Assembly: GCF_014280175.1 (NCBI RefSeq)
Contig: NZ_CP047931.1
Coordinates: 2,250,001-2,282,000 of the forward strand
Reading direction: 5' to 3'
Origin: Synechococcus sp. A15-28
GTDB lineage: Bacteria > Cyanobacteriota > Cyanobacteriia > PCC-6307 > Cyanobiaceae
DNA: 32,000 nucleotides
The notes beneath the pieces are model-generated. The model did not search any database. It saw only the letters and a program-made list of their open reading frames with translations, and was not told the origin of the DNA. The position numbers and the translations under genes were made by a program. Below are positions 17,026 to 24,558 of this stretch, one piece after another; position 1 is the first letter of the stretch; each line of letters begins with the position of its first letter.

Positions 17026-18456
17026 TCACACCCCCTCTTGCAGACGATTGAAATCAAACCCTTCCGGCTGCCAGCGGCTGCCCACCACCATCACGACAGC
17101 CGAAACGGCTGCGGAGAACACTGCCGCGCAATAGGGAGCAATCAGAACGTAAGCCGATAGTCCGACGGCACTGCCGGCTGCCATGGCGACGATCGCTGCC
17201 CAACGATTGGCAGAAGACCAGTAGAGACCGCAAGCCACAGGCCAGACCGTGGAGGCCACCAACGCACCGGTGAAGAACAGCACCGACGCCAACGAATCCA
17301 GTCGCGGCCAGGACAGGGCCAGGGTGAGAACAGACAGGCCAACCACCATCTGCCGGGCCGCCTGCTTGAGCTGTGCATCGCTCGCCTGAGGGCGCAGCAG
17401 ACGGAAATAGACGTCTTCCGCCAGCAGATCCGCCGTGGACGCCAACAGCGAATCCAGGGTGGAGGTGAGTGACGCGAAGACCACCACAAACACCAGTGCC
17501 GCCCCACCAGCCCCCAGAAGATCGGCCGCCATTACAGGGAACACCATGTTCACCTGCTCCAGCGGCAGGTCCCTGGCCAGCGCCACCAGACCGATCGATC
17601 CCGTCACCAGGGGGATACTCATCCAGGCCAATCCCCCCAAGACAAACGAGGTCATCACCACACTGCGCCGGCTGGCGAACACCCGCGACCACCAGATGTT
17701 GTTGTGAAAGACTTCACCCATCGAGAACAGGGCGGAATTCCAGGCGATCAGCAGACCAGCCGGAAGCAAGAGATCCAGCCGGTCAGGGTGCGTACTGATC
17801 AAGCGAGCATGCACCACCGGCATCGGGAACTGACGGAACGCCAGCACCGCCACCACCGCCAGCAACACCATGATCAGCAGCGACTGGATGAAATCGGTTC
17901 CGATCACTGCCCGCATGCCGCCGAACAGGGTGTAAACGGTGGCGACGCCGATCACCACCACCATGCCTACGTGGTAATCGAAGCCGGAGAGCGCCTGAAG
18001 CAACAGACCGGCCCCCATGGCCTGGGTCATCAGAAAACCGAGGGTGTACACAGCGGTGATCACCATGAACACCCACCACGCCAGGCGCCCGTAACGCAAC
18101 CGGATGAAATCGCCACTGGTGCGGCCATGCGGCATCAGCTGCTTGATCCGCACGGCCAGCGGCGCGAACAGGATCAAGCCCAGACCGGCCAGGGCATAAC
18201 TGAACATGCCCCAAAGACCAGTCCTGTAGCCGAATTCCGGAGCCAGCAGTGTGGTGTTTCCGGTCACCCAGGAGGCCATCAGCGTGGCCGTGCTCAACGC
18301 CAACCCGATGTTGCGTCCGGCCAGCATGTAGTCGTCGGCATCTCCTTTACCGCGGCGGCCCCAGACGATCCCCAAGGCGATCCACAGCACGGAAAACAAC
18401 ACAACCAGGGCCCAGGCGATGCCAGGCGCCAGAAAAGGTGCGGCGTCAGCAGGCAT
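17026..18456 (-). CDS. sodium:solute symporter (SSS) family transporter
   Basis: Polytopic protein of about 476 aa with the SSS-like N-terminal region DDYMLAGRNIGLALSTATLMASWVTGNTTLL. The start is either ATG 18456 (MPADAAPF) or GTG 18474. Confidence 0.85.
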   Translation of the reverse strand: MPADAAPFLAPGIAWALVVLFSVLWIALGIVWGRRGKGDADDYMLAGRNIGLALSTATLMASWVTGNTTLLAPEFGYRTGLWGMFSYALAGLGLILFAPLAVRIKQLMPHGRTSGDFIRLRYGRLAWWVFMVITAVYTLGFLMTQAMGAGLLLQALSGFDYHVGMVVVIGVATVYTLFGGMRAVIGTDFIQSLLIMVLLAVVAVLAFRQFPMPVVHARLISTHPDRLDLLLPAGLLIAWNSALFSMGEVFHNNIWWSRVFASRRSVVMTSFVLGGLAWMSIPLVTGSIGLVALARDLPLEQVNMVFPVMAADLLGAGGAALVFVVVFASLTSTLDSLLASTADLLAEDVYFRLLRPQASDAQLKQAARQMVVGLSVLTLALSWPRLDSLASVLFFTGALVASTVWPVACGLYWSSANRWAAIVAMAAGSAVGLSAYVLIAPYCAAVFSAAVSAVVMVVGSRWQPEGFDFNRLQEGV

Positions 18457-18571
18457 CGACCGACCCCCGATCACGCCAGTGCAGATGGCCCTGAATGATC
18501 ATCGCCACCGTTGCCAGGGTCACCGCAGCACCGAGGGCAAAGACCAGTCCAGCCCAGAGATTGTCATCCAA
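18446..18571 (-). CDS. unannotated 41-aa single-TM ORF overlapping the symporter start
   Basis: TTG 18571, preceded by GAGGAG 7 nt upstream, gives (M)DDNLWAGLVFALGAAVTLATVAMIIQGHLHWRDRGSVDAC*. Its last codons contain the symporter ATG (GATGCCTGCTGA). Confidence 0.35.
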   Translation of the reverse strand: MDDNLWAGLVFALGAAVTLATVAMIIQGHLHWRDRGSVDAC

Positions 18572-18705
18572 AGCGAATCTCCTCTTCAGCAGATCTCAGA
18601 CAAGCAAATCGCGGTGTTCTCGAGCTTGCATTCACGAATAACAAGTCGCTGGCGCTACCCAAATCACAGGCTGTCAGTGCACTGATGCCTTCAATCTCGA
18701 AATGT

Positions 18706-18719
18706 GTAGCAATCACAAC
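18706..18719. promoter_or_regulatory. NtcA-like half-consensus box GTAGCAATCACAAC (GTN10AC)
   Basis: It lies in the divergent intergenic region between the symporter operon and the ATP-grasp gene. It shares the TGTAGCAA half-site with the box at 11224. No TAN3T sits at the canonical 22-nt spacing on either strand. Confidence 0.2.
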
Positions 18720-18769
18720 CCGCGGGGCCCTGATCGAGTTTTTGGATGCGCCTATTCATCGTTCAGGCA

Positions 18770-20242
18770 ATGTTCACCGAGTACCGACCAACCCATGGGT
18801 ACGACGAATATTTTTGCCGTGAACAGTCCGCTCCCCGCGCTGATCTGGAGCCGCTGCTGTCCTCCCTTGGAGCCATGGGGCTGGCGGAACTGAATCGCAG
18901 TCATGCATCAGCGAGCAATCTGTTGCGACGTCTTGGCGCCACCTTCCGACTCAACGGATCAGGTCTGCATGGCGGAGAGCGGATCCTTCCCTTCGATCCA
19001 CTGCCAAGACTCATTCACCGTCAGGAATGGTCCGTTCTGGAGCGCGGATTGGTGCAACGCCTGGAGGCCATTGATCAGTTTCTGGCGGACGTTTATGGAC
19101 CCCAACGGATCCTCAACGATGGCGTGATCCCCCGTGAGGATGTGGAGAGCTCCCAGGGCTGGCGGCCCCAGATGCAGGACATAGCCGTGCCGCTCAACCG
19201 CTGGTGCCACATCTCAGGTCTGGATCTGATCCGCGATGGCGACGGCACCTGGAGGGTTCTGGAGGACAACCTGCGCTGCCCCTCCGGCGTGGCTTATTTC
19301 CTTGAGAACCGTCGGGTGATGAAGCGGTTGTTCCCCAGCCTGTTCCAAGGGCGAACCGTGCAGCCGATCGACGATTACCCCTCCCATCTCTTGCGCACGT
19401 TGCGTGATCTGGCTCCTTGGAGTGATGCCCCACGGGTGGTGCTGCTCACCCCCGGCGTGTTCAACAGCGCCTACTTCGAGCACAGCTATCTGGCCCAGCA
19501 GATGGGCATTGCCCTTGTGGAAGGCCGCGATCTGATCTGTGAAGACGGACGCGTCTGGATGCGCAGCACGGCCGGTCGGGAACCTGTGGATGTGATCTAC
19601 CGGCGCATCGATGACGATTTCCTCGATCCGAACGTGTTCCGACGCGATTCGATGCTCGGTGTCCCCGGCCTCATCGATGCCATGCGCTCCGTTCGGGTGG
19701 CCATCGCCAACGCCCCTGGGAGCGGTGTCGCTGACGACAAGCTGATCTATGCCTACGTGCCGGCCATGATCCGTTACTACCTCAACGAAGAACCGATCAT
19801 CGACAACGTCCCCACCTATCTCTGCTCAAGGGACGACGACCGCCGTTATGTGCTCGAACATCTCAACGAACTGGTAGTAAAATCAGCCGCCGAGGCAGGC
19901 GGCTACGGAATGTTGATCGGGCCCCATGCCAGTTCTGAGGAGATTGAGAGCTTCGCGGTGAAGATCAAGGCTCACCCGCGCAATTTCATCGCCCAGCCCA
20001 CCCTGCAGTTATCCACAGTTCCATCCCTGAGCGAAGGGGAGCTGTACCCCTGCCATGTGGATCTGCGCCCCTACGTGCTCCGGGGTAAAAGCGACTGGGT
20101 CAGCCCCGGCGGCTTGACTCGTGTAGCCCTGAAACGCGGTTCCCTTGTGGTGAACTCCTCCCAGGGGGGCGGCTGCAAGGACACCTGGGTGGTCAGCGAC
20201 AGTGCCGTAACGGCTGGCAATCAGGAGCTCGTGCCGTGCTGA
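18770..20242 (+). CDS. circularly permuted ATP-grasp (type 2) family protein
   Basis: The start MFTEYRPTHGYDEYF and the 490-aa architecture match the CP-ATP-grasp proteins that precede Alpha-E and transglutaminase genes. The stop overlaps the next gene's start. Confidence 0.82.
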   Translation: MFTEYRPTHGYDEYFCREQSAPRADLEPLLSSLGAMGLAELNRSHASASNLLRRLGATFRLNGSGLHGGERILPFDPLPRLIHRQEWSVLERGLVQRLEAIDQFLADVYGPQRILNDGVIPREDVESSQGWRPQMQDIAVPLNRWCHISGLDLIRDGDGTWRVLEDNLRCPSGVAYFLENRRVMKRLFPSLFQGRTVQPIDDYPSHLLRTLRDLAPWSDAPRVVLLTPGVFNSAYFEHSYLAQQMGIALVEGRDLICEDGRVWMRSTAGREPVDVIYRRIDDDFLDPNVFRRDSMLGVPGLIDAMRSVRVAIANAPGSGVADDKLIYAYVPAMIRYYLNEEPIIDNVPTYLCSRDDDRRYVLEHLNELVVKSAAEAGGYGMLIGPHASSEEIESFAVKIKAHPRNFIAQPTLQLSTVPSLSEGELYPCHVDLRPYVLRGKSDWVSPGGLTRVALKRGSLVVNSSQGGGCKDTWVVSDSAVTAGNQELVPC

Positions 20243-21219
20243 GCCGTGTGGCCGATTCGCTGTACTGGATCAACCGGTATGTCGAGCGGGCCGAAAACAT
20301 CTCCCGGTTTCTGGAAGTGAGCGAAGCCATGGCCCTGGATTGCCCCCCCGGCAGCGCTGAGCCCTGGCTTCCCCTGGTGGATGCCAATGGGGACCGCAAG
20401 CGGTTTGACGAGGCCTATCCCCAGGGCACACCACGGGACGTCGTCAGCTTTCTACTGCTGGATCGCGATAACCCCAACAGCATCGTGAGTTGCATAGCCA
20501 ACGCCCGTGAGAACGCTCGCCAAATCCGCGATGTGATCACCACGGAAATGTGGGAGCAGCTCAATGACCTCTATTGGAACGTTCAAGACGGTGAGGCGCT
20601 CTGGCAGGAGCCGGATCAAGAACAGCTGCGCAGCATCCGACGCGGATGTCAGCTCTTCTACGGCATCACGGACGTGACCCTCAGTCGTGATCAAGCCTGG
20701 CTGTTCAGCCAGCTGGGACGGCTGATCGAACGGGCGGACAAAACCTCCCGCATCCTCGATGTGAAGTACTTCCTGCTGTTGCCAACGCCAACGGAGGTGG
20801 GCGGCGTTCTCGATGAATTGCAGTGGATCTCACTGCTTCGAACAGCTGGGGCTTATCAGATGTATCGCCAGAGCGTGCAGCAGGCGATAACACCAACATC
20901 AGTGGCACAATTCCTGCTCCTGGATCTGATCTTTCCCCGTTCGGTTCGCTTCTGCCTGCAACAGATCAACGAGACGTTGCAACGCATTCAAGGGAAACCC
21001 CACGCCGGCCCACCGGATGACCTGGAATGCCTGGGCGGTCAGTTGCTGGCCCAATGGAGCTACGTCCGCATCGATGCTCTGATCGAACGCGGACTGCATG
21101 AGGCCATCGATCAACTGCAAAGCGATCTGAACCGGCTGCATGGCCTAATCCACCGTTGCTATTTCACCACCACCGACCTGGGCTCCATCCCCACCGACCC
21201 GTCATGCGCGCTGAGCTGA
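20236..21219 (+). CDS. Alpha-E domain protein
   Basis: A GTG start gives MLSRVADSLYWINRYVERAENISRFLEV, the characteristic Alpha-E N-terminus. It overlaps the ATP-grasp stop by 7 nt. Confidence 0.82.
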   Translation: MLSRVADSLYWINRYVERAENISRFLEVSEAMALDCPPGSAEPWLPLVDANGDRKRFDEAYPQGTPRDVVSFLLLDRDNPNSIVSCIANARENARQIRDVITTEMWEQLNDLYWNVQDGEALWQEPDQEQLRSIRRGCQLFYGITDVTLSRDQAWLFSQLGRLIERADKTSRILDVKYFLLLPTPTEVGGVLDELQWISLLRTAGAYQMYRQSVQQAITPTSVAQFLLLDLIFPRSVRFCLQQINETLQRIQGKPHAGPPDDLECLGGQLLAQWSYVRIDALIERGLHEAIDQLQSDLNRLHGLIHRCYFTTTDLGSIPTDPSCALS

Positions 21220-22103
21220 CCCATTGCCTCACGTACCGCTACGAGGCTCCGGTGCAGCTCGGAGAACACCGCCTCTGTCTGCGGCCCCGGGCCCAGGGTC
21301 ATCAACGGCTGATCCACCACACACTGCAGATCAAACCGGACCCCTTACACAGCCATGAGCTGTTGGCCGCCAGTGGCGATGCGATCGAGCGCGTGCGCTT
21401 CCGAGGCAGCACCGATTTGCTGCAGCTCGAAGCCAGGAGCTTGGTGGAAACCCGGCAGGCCGCACCGCTGCTCACCTGTTTCAACGGACTTGAACCCTCG
21501 CTTCCCTATCCGCGCGGTCTGCTGAACCACGACCTGCTGGGGGCTCTGGAAGGGTGGCTGCCCAACGGTCAACACGACCCCTCAGCTGTGGAACTGGCGC
21601 AGGACGCTCTGATGGGAAGCAATCAGCAGGTGCTGCTTTTTCTCCAGCAACTGATGGAGATGATCCAGGACCGGGTCAAGTACACCCAGCGCCATGTTGG
21701 CCCAGCCTGGCCAGCGGGCCGGACCCTGCGGGAGCGTGTGGGCTCATGCCGTGATCTGGCAATGCTAATGATGGAGTGCTGCCGCAGCGTGGGGCTGCCG
21801 GCTCGGTTTGTGAGTGGTTACCACCTAGCCGAACCAGCACCCGAGACCTACGACCTGCACGCCTGGACCGAGATCTATCTGCCAGGTGCCGGCTGGCGCG
21901 GTTTTGATCCCAGTGCTGGTGGTGAAATCACCTCGCGTTACATCGTGCTCGCCAGTTCCTCTAAACCGGATCTCAGTGCAGCGGTTCAGGGAAGCTTTAC
22001 AGGACCCCCAGCAACGACAAGCCACCTGAGCTGGACCATTGACGCCGATGTAGAACCTCGAACGATCGCTTCGTGCAGCCAAACCATGGTTCAGGCCGCC
22101 TGA
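21204..22103 (+). CDS. transglutaminase-like cysteine peptidase family protein (with N-terminal bacterial transglutaminase-N region)
   Basis: Starts MRAELTHCLTYRYEAPV. The catalytic-triad context is GSCRDLAMLMMECC (Cys), HAWTEIYLPGAGW (His) and GFDPS (Asp). It overlaps the Alpha-E gene by 16 nt. Confidence 0.82.
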   Translation: MRAELTHCLTYRYEAPVQLGEHRLCLRPRAQGHQRLIHHTLQIKPDPLHSHELLAASGDAIERVRFRGSTDLLQLEARSLVETRQAAPLLTCFNGLEPSLPYPRGLLNHDLLGALEGWLPNGQHDPSAVELAQDALMGSNQQVLLFLQQLMEMIQDRVKYTQRHVGPAWPAGRTLRERVGSCRDLAMLMMECCRSVGLPARFVSGYHLAEPAPETYDLHAWTEIYLPGAGWRGFDPSAGGEITSRYIVLASSSKPDLSAAVQGSFTGPPATTSHLSWTIDADVEPRTIASCSQTMVQAA

Positions 22104-22666
22104 AGCAGCGGCTCGACACCATGGAGACTGGGAGGCGGAGCCTGAAACGAGGTGACCGCCAACAGCGCTGGAATGCGGGCACTGTTGTAGACGCGGAATT
22201 CCTGCACCAACGACACCCCCTCCTCCCGGACCGCCTGGTTGAGAACAACCGAACCGTCGGGATCCGACACCGACCGGTGAAACGTACCGGGCGGGATGCG
22301 CAGGATGTCGCCGCCACTATCGAGTCGCACGATGTGGAACGGCTGATCCCAGGCCAGGTTGACAAGATAAAAGGTTCGCCCACCACTGGCGGCCAGAAGA
22401 TTGTCTTCCTGGTGCGGATGGAGATAGAACTGCCAGGCCCCGCTGTCGGGATCATTGGGTGGACTGGTGGCCGGGCCACTGTGGATCACCAGATCGCGGG
22501 CATTGGAGGTGTCCACCGTGACGTCGAAAAAACGCACCGCTGGTGTGTCGCGGAAGCGTTCGTAGGCCAGCAGTTCAAACATCTCCAGGGGCGTGACAAA
22601 GCCCGAGCTCTGAGACGGTTGTACTGGGGTTATCCGAGCAAAACGGTGACGATGGCAACGGTTCAA
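22091..22666 (-). CDS. conserved hypothetical protein (possibly a beta-barrel/cupin-like fold; weak)
   Basis: A 191-aa ORF with host-like GC. The TTG start overlaps the moaA stop (TTGA); ATG 22582 (MFELLAYERF) is an alternative start. I recognise no motif with confidence. Confidence 0.45.
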   Translation of the reverse strand: MNRCHRHRFARITPVQPSQSSGFVTPLEMFELLAYERFRDTPAVRFFDVTVDTSNARDLVIHSGPATSPPNDPDSGAWQFYLHPHQEDNLLAASGGRTFYLVNLAWDQPFHIVRLDSGGDILRIPPGTFHRSVSDPDGSVVLNQAVREEGVSLVQEFRVYNSARIPALLAVTSFQAPPPSLHGVEPLLQAA

Positions 22667-23703
22667 CCACCGAGATAAGCCATTTCGGCATGGGGCATGG
22701 AACCGGTCGTCCGCTGGCGCTCCTCGCTGTAACGGTCGTCACGGCGCCGCCAGAGATCAGCAACCAGCCGCAGCAATTCCGCCTCACAGTGCAGAGCGGG
22801 TTTCAGATCAGTCCCCACCGACGCGAAGAGGCAGCGAAACGCCTGTCCATCAGCTGTGACCCGCAGTCGATTGCAATCGCAGCAAAATGGCTCGCTGATC
22901 GAGGCGATCACGCCGAGATGTCCACCACCATCGACATAACTCCAACGCTGAGCTGTTCCGCCGCTGGGTCGGCCAACTGCCTGAAGCGGCCACCGTGCCC
23001 TGATCCGCGCCACCATCTCCGCGGCTGACAGCACCTGATCCGGCCTCCACTGATTGCGGTTGCCCACATCCATGTACTCAATCAGACGCAATTCCACACC
23101 TTGATCACGAGCCAGATCCGCCAGAGGCAGAAGCTGATCCTCATTCACCCCCCGTTGGATCACGGCATTGAGCTTGAGTTCCCCCGCCAAAGGGTCAAAA
23201 CCAGCGGAACGAGCCGAAGCCAATCCACTGAGCACCTTCCGCAGCAATGACTCCCCCGCTGTGGCAGTTGGTCGTCCTGCCATCCGCGCCACCACAGCCC
23301 CATCCACGCCATCAAGGCTCACGGTGATGCGATCCAAACCGGCCTGCCTGAGGTCGCGAGCTCGCTGGTCGCTCAGCAAGACGCCATTGGTGGTCAGGGT
23401 CACCTGCTGAAGACCCTGTAGTGGATCGCCAGGCGTTGCCCGTGCTGCCGCGATGGCCTGCAACAGAGGCAGAAGCCGAGCACTGAGCAAGGGCTCGCCT
23501 CCCGTGAGCCGCAGGGTGTGAATCCCCAGCCGACAGGCGACACGGATCAGGCGCAGCTGCTGCTCCAGGCTGAGCAAATCCGGCGGATCCTCAAGATCCG
23601 GACAGCAGTAAGGACATGCCAGGTTGCAGCGGGCCGTCAACGACAACCGAAGCACTCTCAACGGCCGCGACCGCTGATCGACAAGCGCTGAAGCTGGTGT
23701 CAT
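22663..23703 (-). CDS. moaA: GTP 3',8-cyclase MoaA (radical SAM)
   Basis: Contains the radical-SAM motif CNLACPYC. ATG 23703 overlaps the mobA stop (ATGA). The track start at 23805 lies inside mobA. Confidence 0.9.
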   Translation of the reverse strand: MTPASALVDQRSRPLRVLRLSLTARCNLACPYCCPDLEDPPDLLSLEQQLRLIRVACRLGIHTLRLTGGEPLLSARLLPLLQAIAAARATPGDPLQGLQQVTLTTNGVLLSDQRARDLRQAGLDRITVSLDGVDGAVVARMAGRPTATAGESLLRKVLSGLASARSAGFDPLAGELKLNAVIQRGVNEDQLLPLADLARDQGVELRLIEYMDVGNRNQWRPDQVLSAAEMVARIRARWPLQAVGRPSGGTAQRWSYVDGGGHLGVIASISEPFCCDCNRLRVTADGQAFRCLFASVGTDLKPALHCEAELLRLVADLWRRRDDRYSEERQRTTGSMPHAEMAYLGG

Positions 23704-24278
23704 GCCATCAACGCTGCCAGATCCTCCGGACGGTTGGCATTCAGCAAGGCCTGAGACGGCAGCACCACCGGCCGATGGGGCACCGACGCCAACCAAGCCA
23801 TCCAACGCCGTTCACCGCGGGCCAACTGCTCAGCGAGCCTGGTTTGAAACGGTTCTCCCGTTGGAATCACCGCCAGCAATGGCTGCAGGCGCTGCCCATC
23901 CTGGGCAACGGCGATCTGATCAGGCTTCTCATACCAGGAGTTGATCAACTGCTGAAGAACAGCAGCACTGAGCCGAGGCATGTCCACCGGCAGCACCAGC
24001 AGAGCTTCAGCAGGGGTGCCAGGCAACACGCGTCCGAGAGCCTGCAGCGGCCCCTGCCAGGGCGGTGGCTCCTGCACAACGGTGACGCCGGGGCAATCAG
24101 CCAGTTGATCCGCATGGGCCTGATGGCGGCTGACCACCTGCAATGGCAAACCGAGAAGCCGCACCTGATCCACCAGGGCAGTCAGCCAGACCCCTCCACT
24201 GGGGTGTGGCAGCAGAGCTTTGTCCTGACCCATGCGCCGGCTCTCTCCACCGCTGAACAAGCAGGCACACAACATCAA
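23700..24278 (-). CDS. mobA: molybdenum cofactor guanylyltransferase MobA
   Basis: The N-terminal motif LFSGGESRRMGQDKALL is the MobA signature, and the length (192 aa) fits. Confidence 0.85.
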   Translation of the reverse strand: MMLCACLFSGGESRRMGQDKALLPHPSGGVWLTALVDQVRLLGLPLQVVSRHQAHADQLADCPGVTVVQEPPPWQGPLQALGRVLPGTPAEALLVLPVDMPRLSAAVLQQLINSWYEKPDQIAVAQDGQRLQPLLAVIPTGEPFQTRLAEQLARGERRWMAWLASVPHRPVVLPSQALLNANRPEDLAALMA

Positions 24279-24427
24279 CGCGCAATGTCTCCAGCCATCA
24301 TTGATTCCACCTCAGCAAAACCCATTCCCCGCGGTGACAACCGCTACCAAGCAAAAACTGAACGCGGATGCTGATCAATCGGATAAGCCCAAGCGATGTT
24401 CCTTTCATCACACAAACCCTTCCATTG

Positions 24428-24441
24428 GTAGCAATTCCAAC
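24428..24441 (+). promoter_or_regulatory. NtcA-like box GTAGCAATTCCAAC (GTN10AC) upstream of nrtP
   Basis: It is 118 nt upstream of the nrtP ATG, with TTAACT (24464-24469) 22 nt downstream as an imperfect -10. A second weaker box, GTGACAACCGCTAC, lies at 24334-24347. Confidence 0.3.
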
Positions 24442-24558
24442 GAAGTCGTTCCCTGTTGATTGATTAACTGCCCGAGTTAACGGATTTTTTTCGACCGTTT
24501 CGCCACCCACGGGCACCCTTTCGTTTTGAAGCCCGCGGTTTCAACATTTCTCCTCTCA

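Noticed and set aside
15963-18498. 257-aa (15963..16736) and 264-aa (17704..18498) plus-strand ORFs, and nested minus-strand ORFs in other frames of the symporter
   Set aside because: They are antisense or out-of-frame shadows of the transcarbamylase and symporter genes. The translations are Arg/His/Pro/Gly-rich.
23704-23805. N-terminal 34-residue extension of MoaA (track start 23805)
   Set aside because: It lies entirely inside mobA. The ATG at 23703 forms an ATGA overlap with the mobA stop and gives a normal-length MoaA.
24464-24497. TTAAC-N7-GTTAA followed by CGGATTTTTTT upstream of nrtP as a terminator or attenuator
   Set aside because: It is only a 5-bp AT-rich stem, and the T-run is separated from the stem. 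That is too weak to call.
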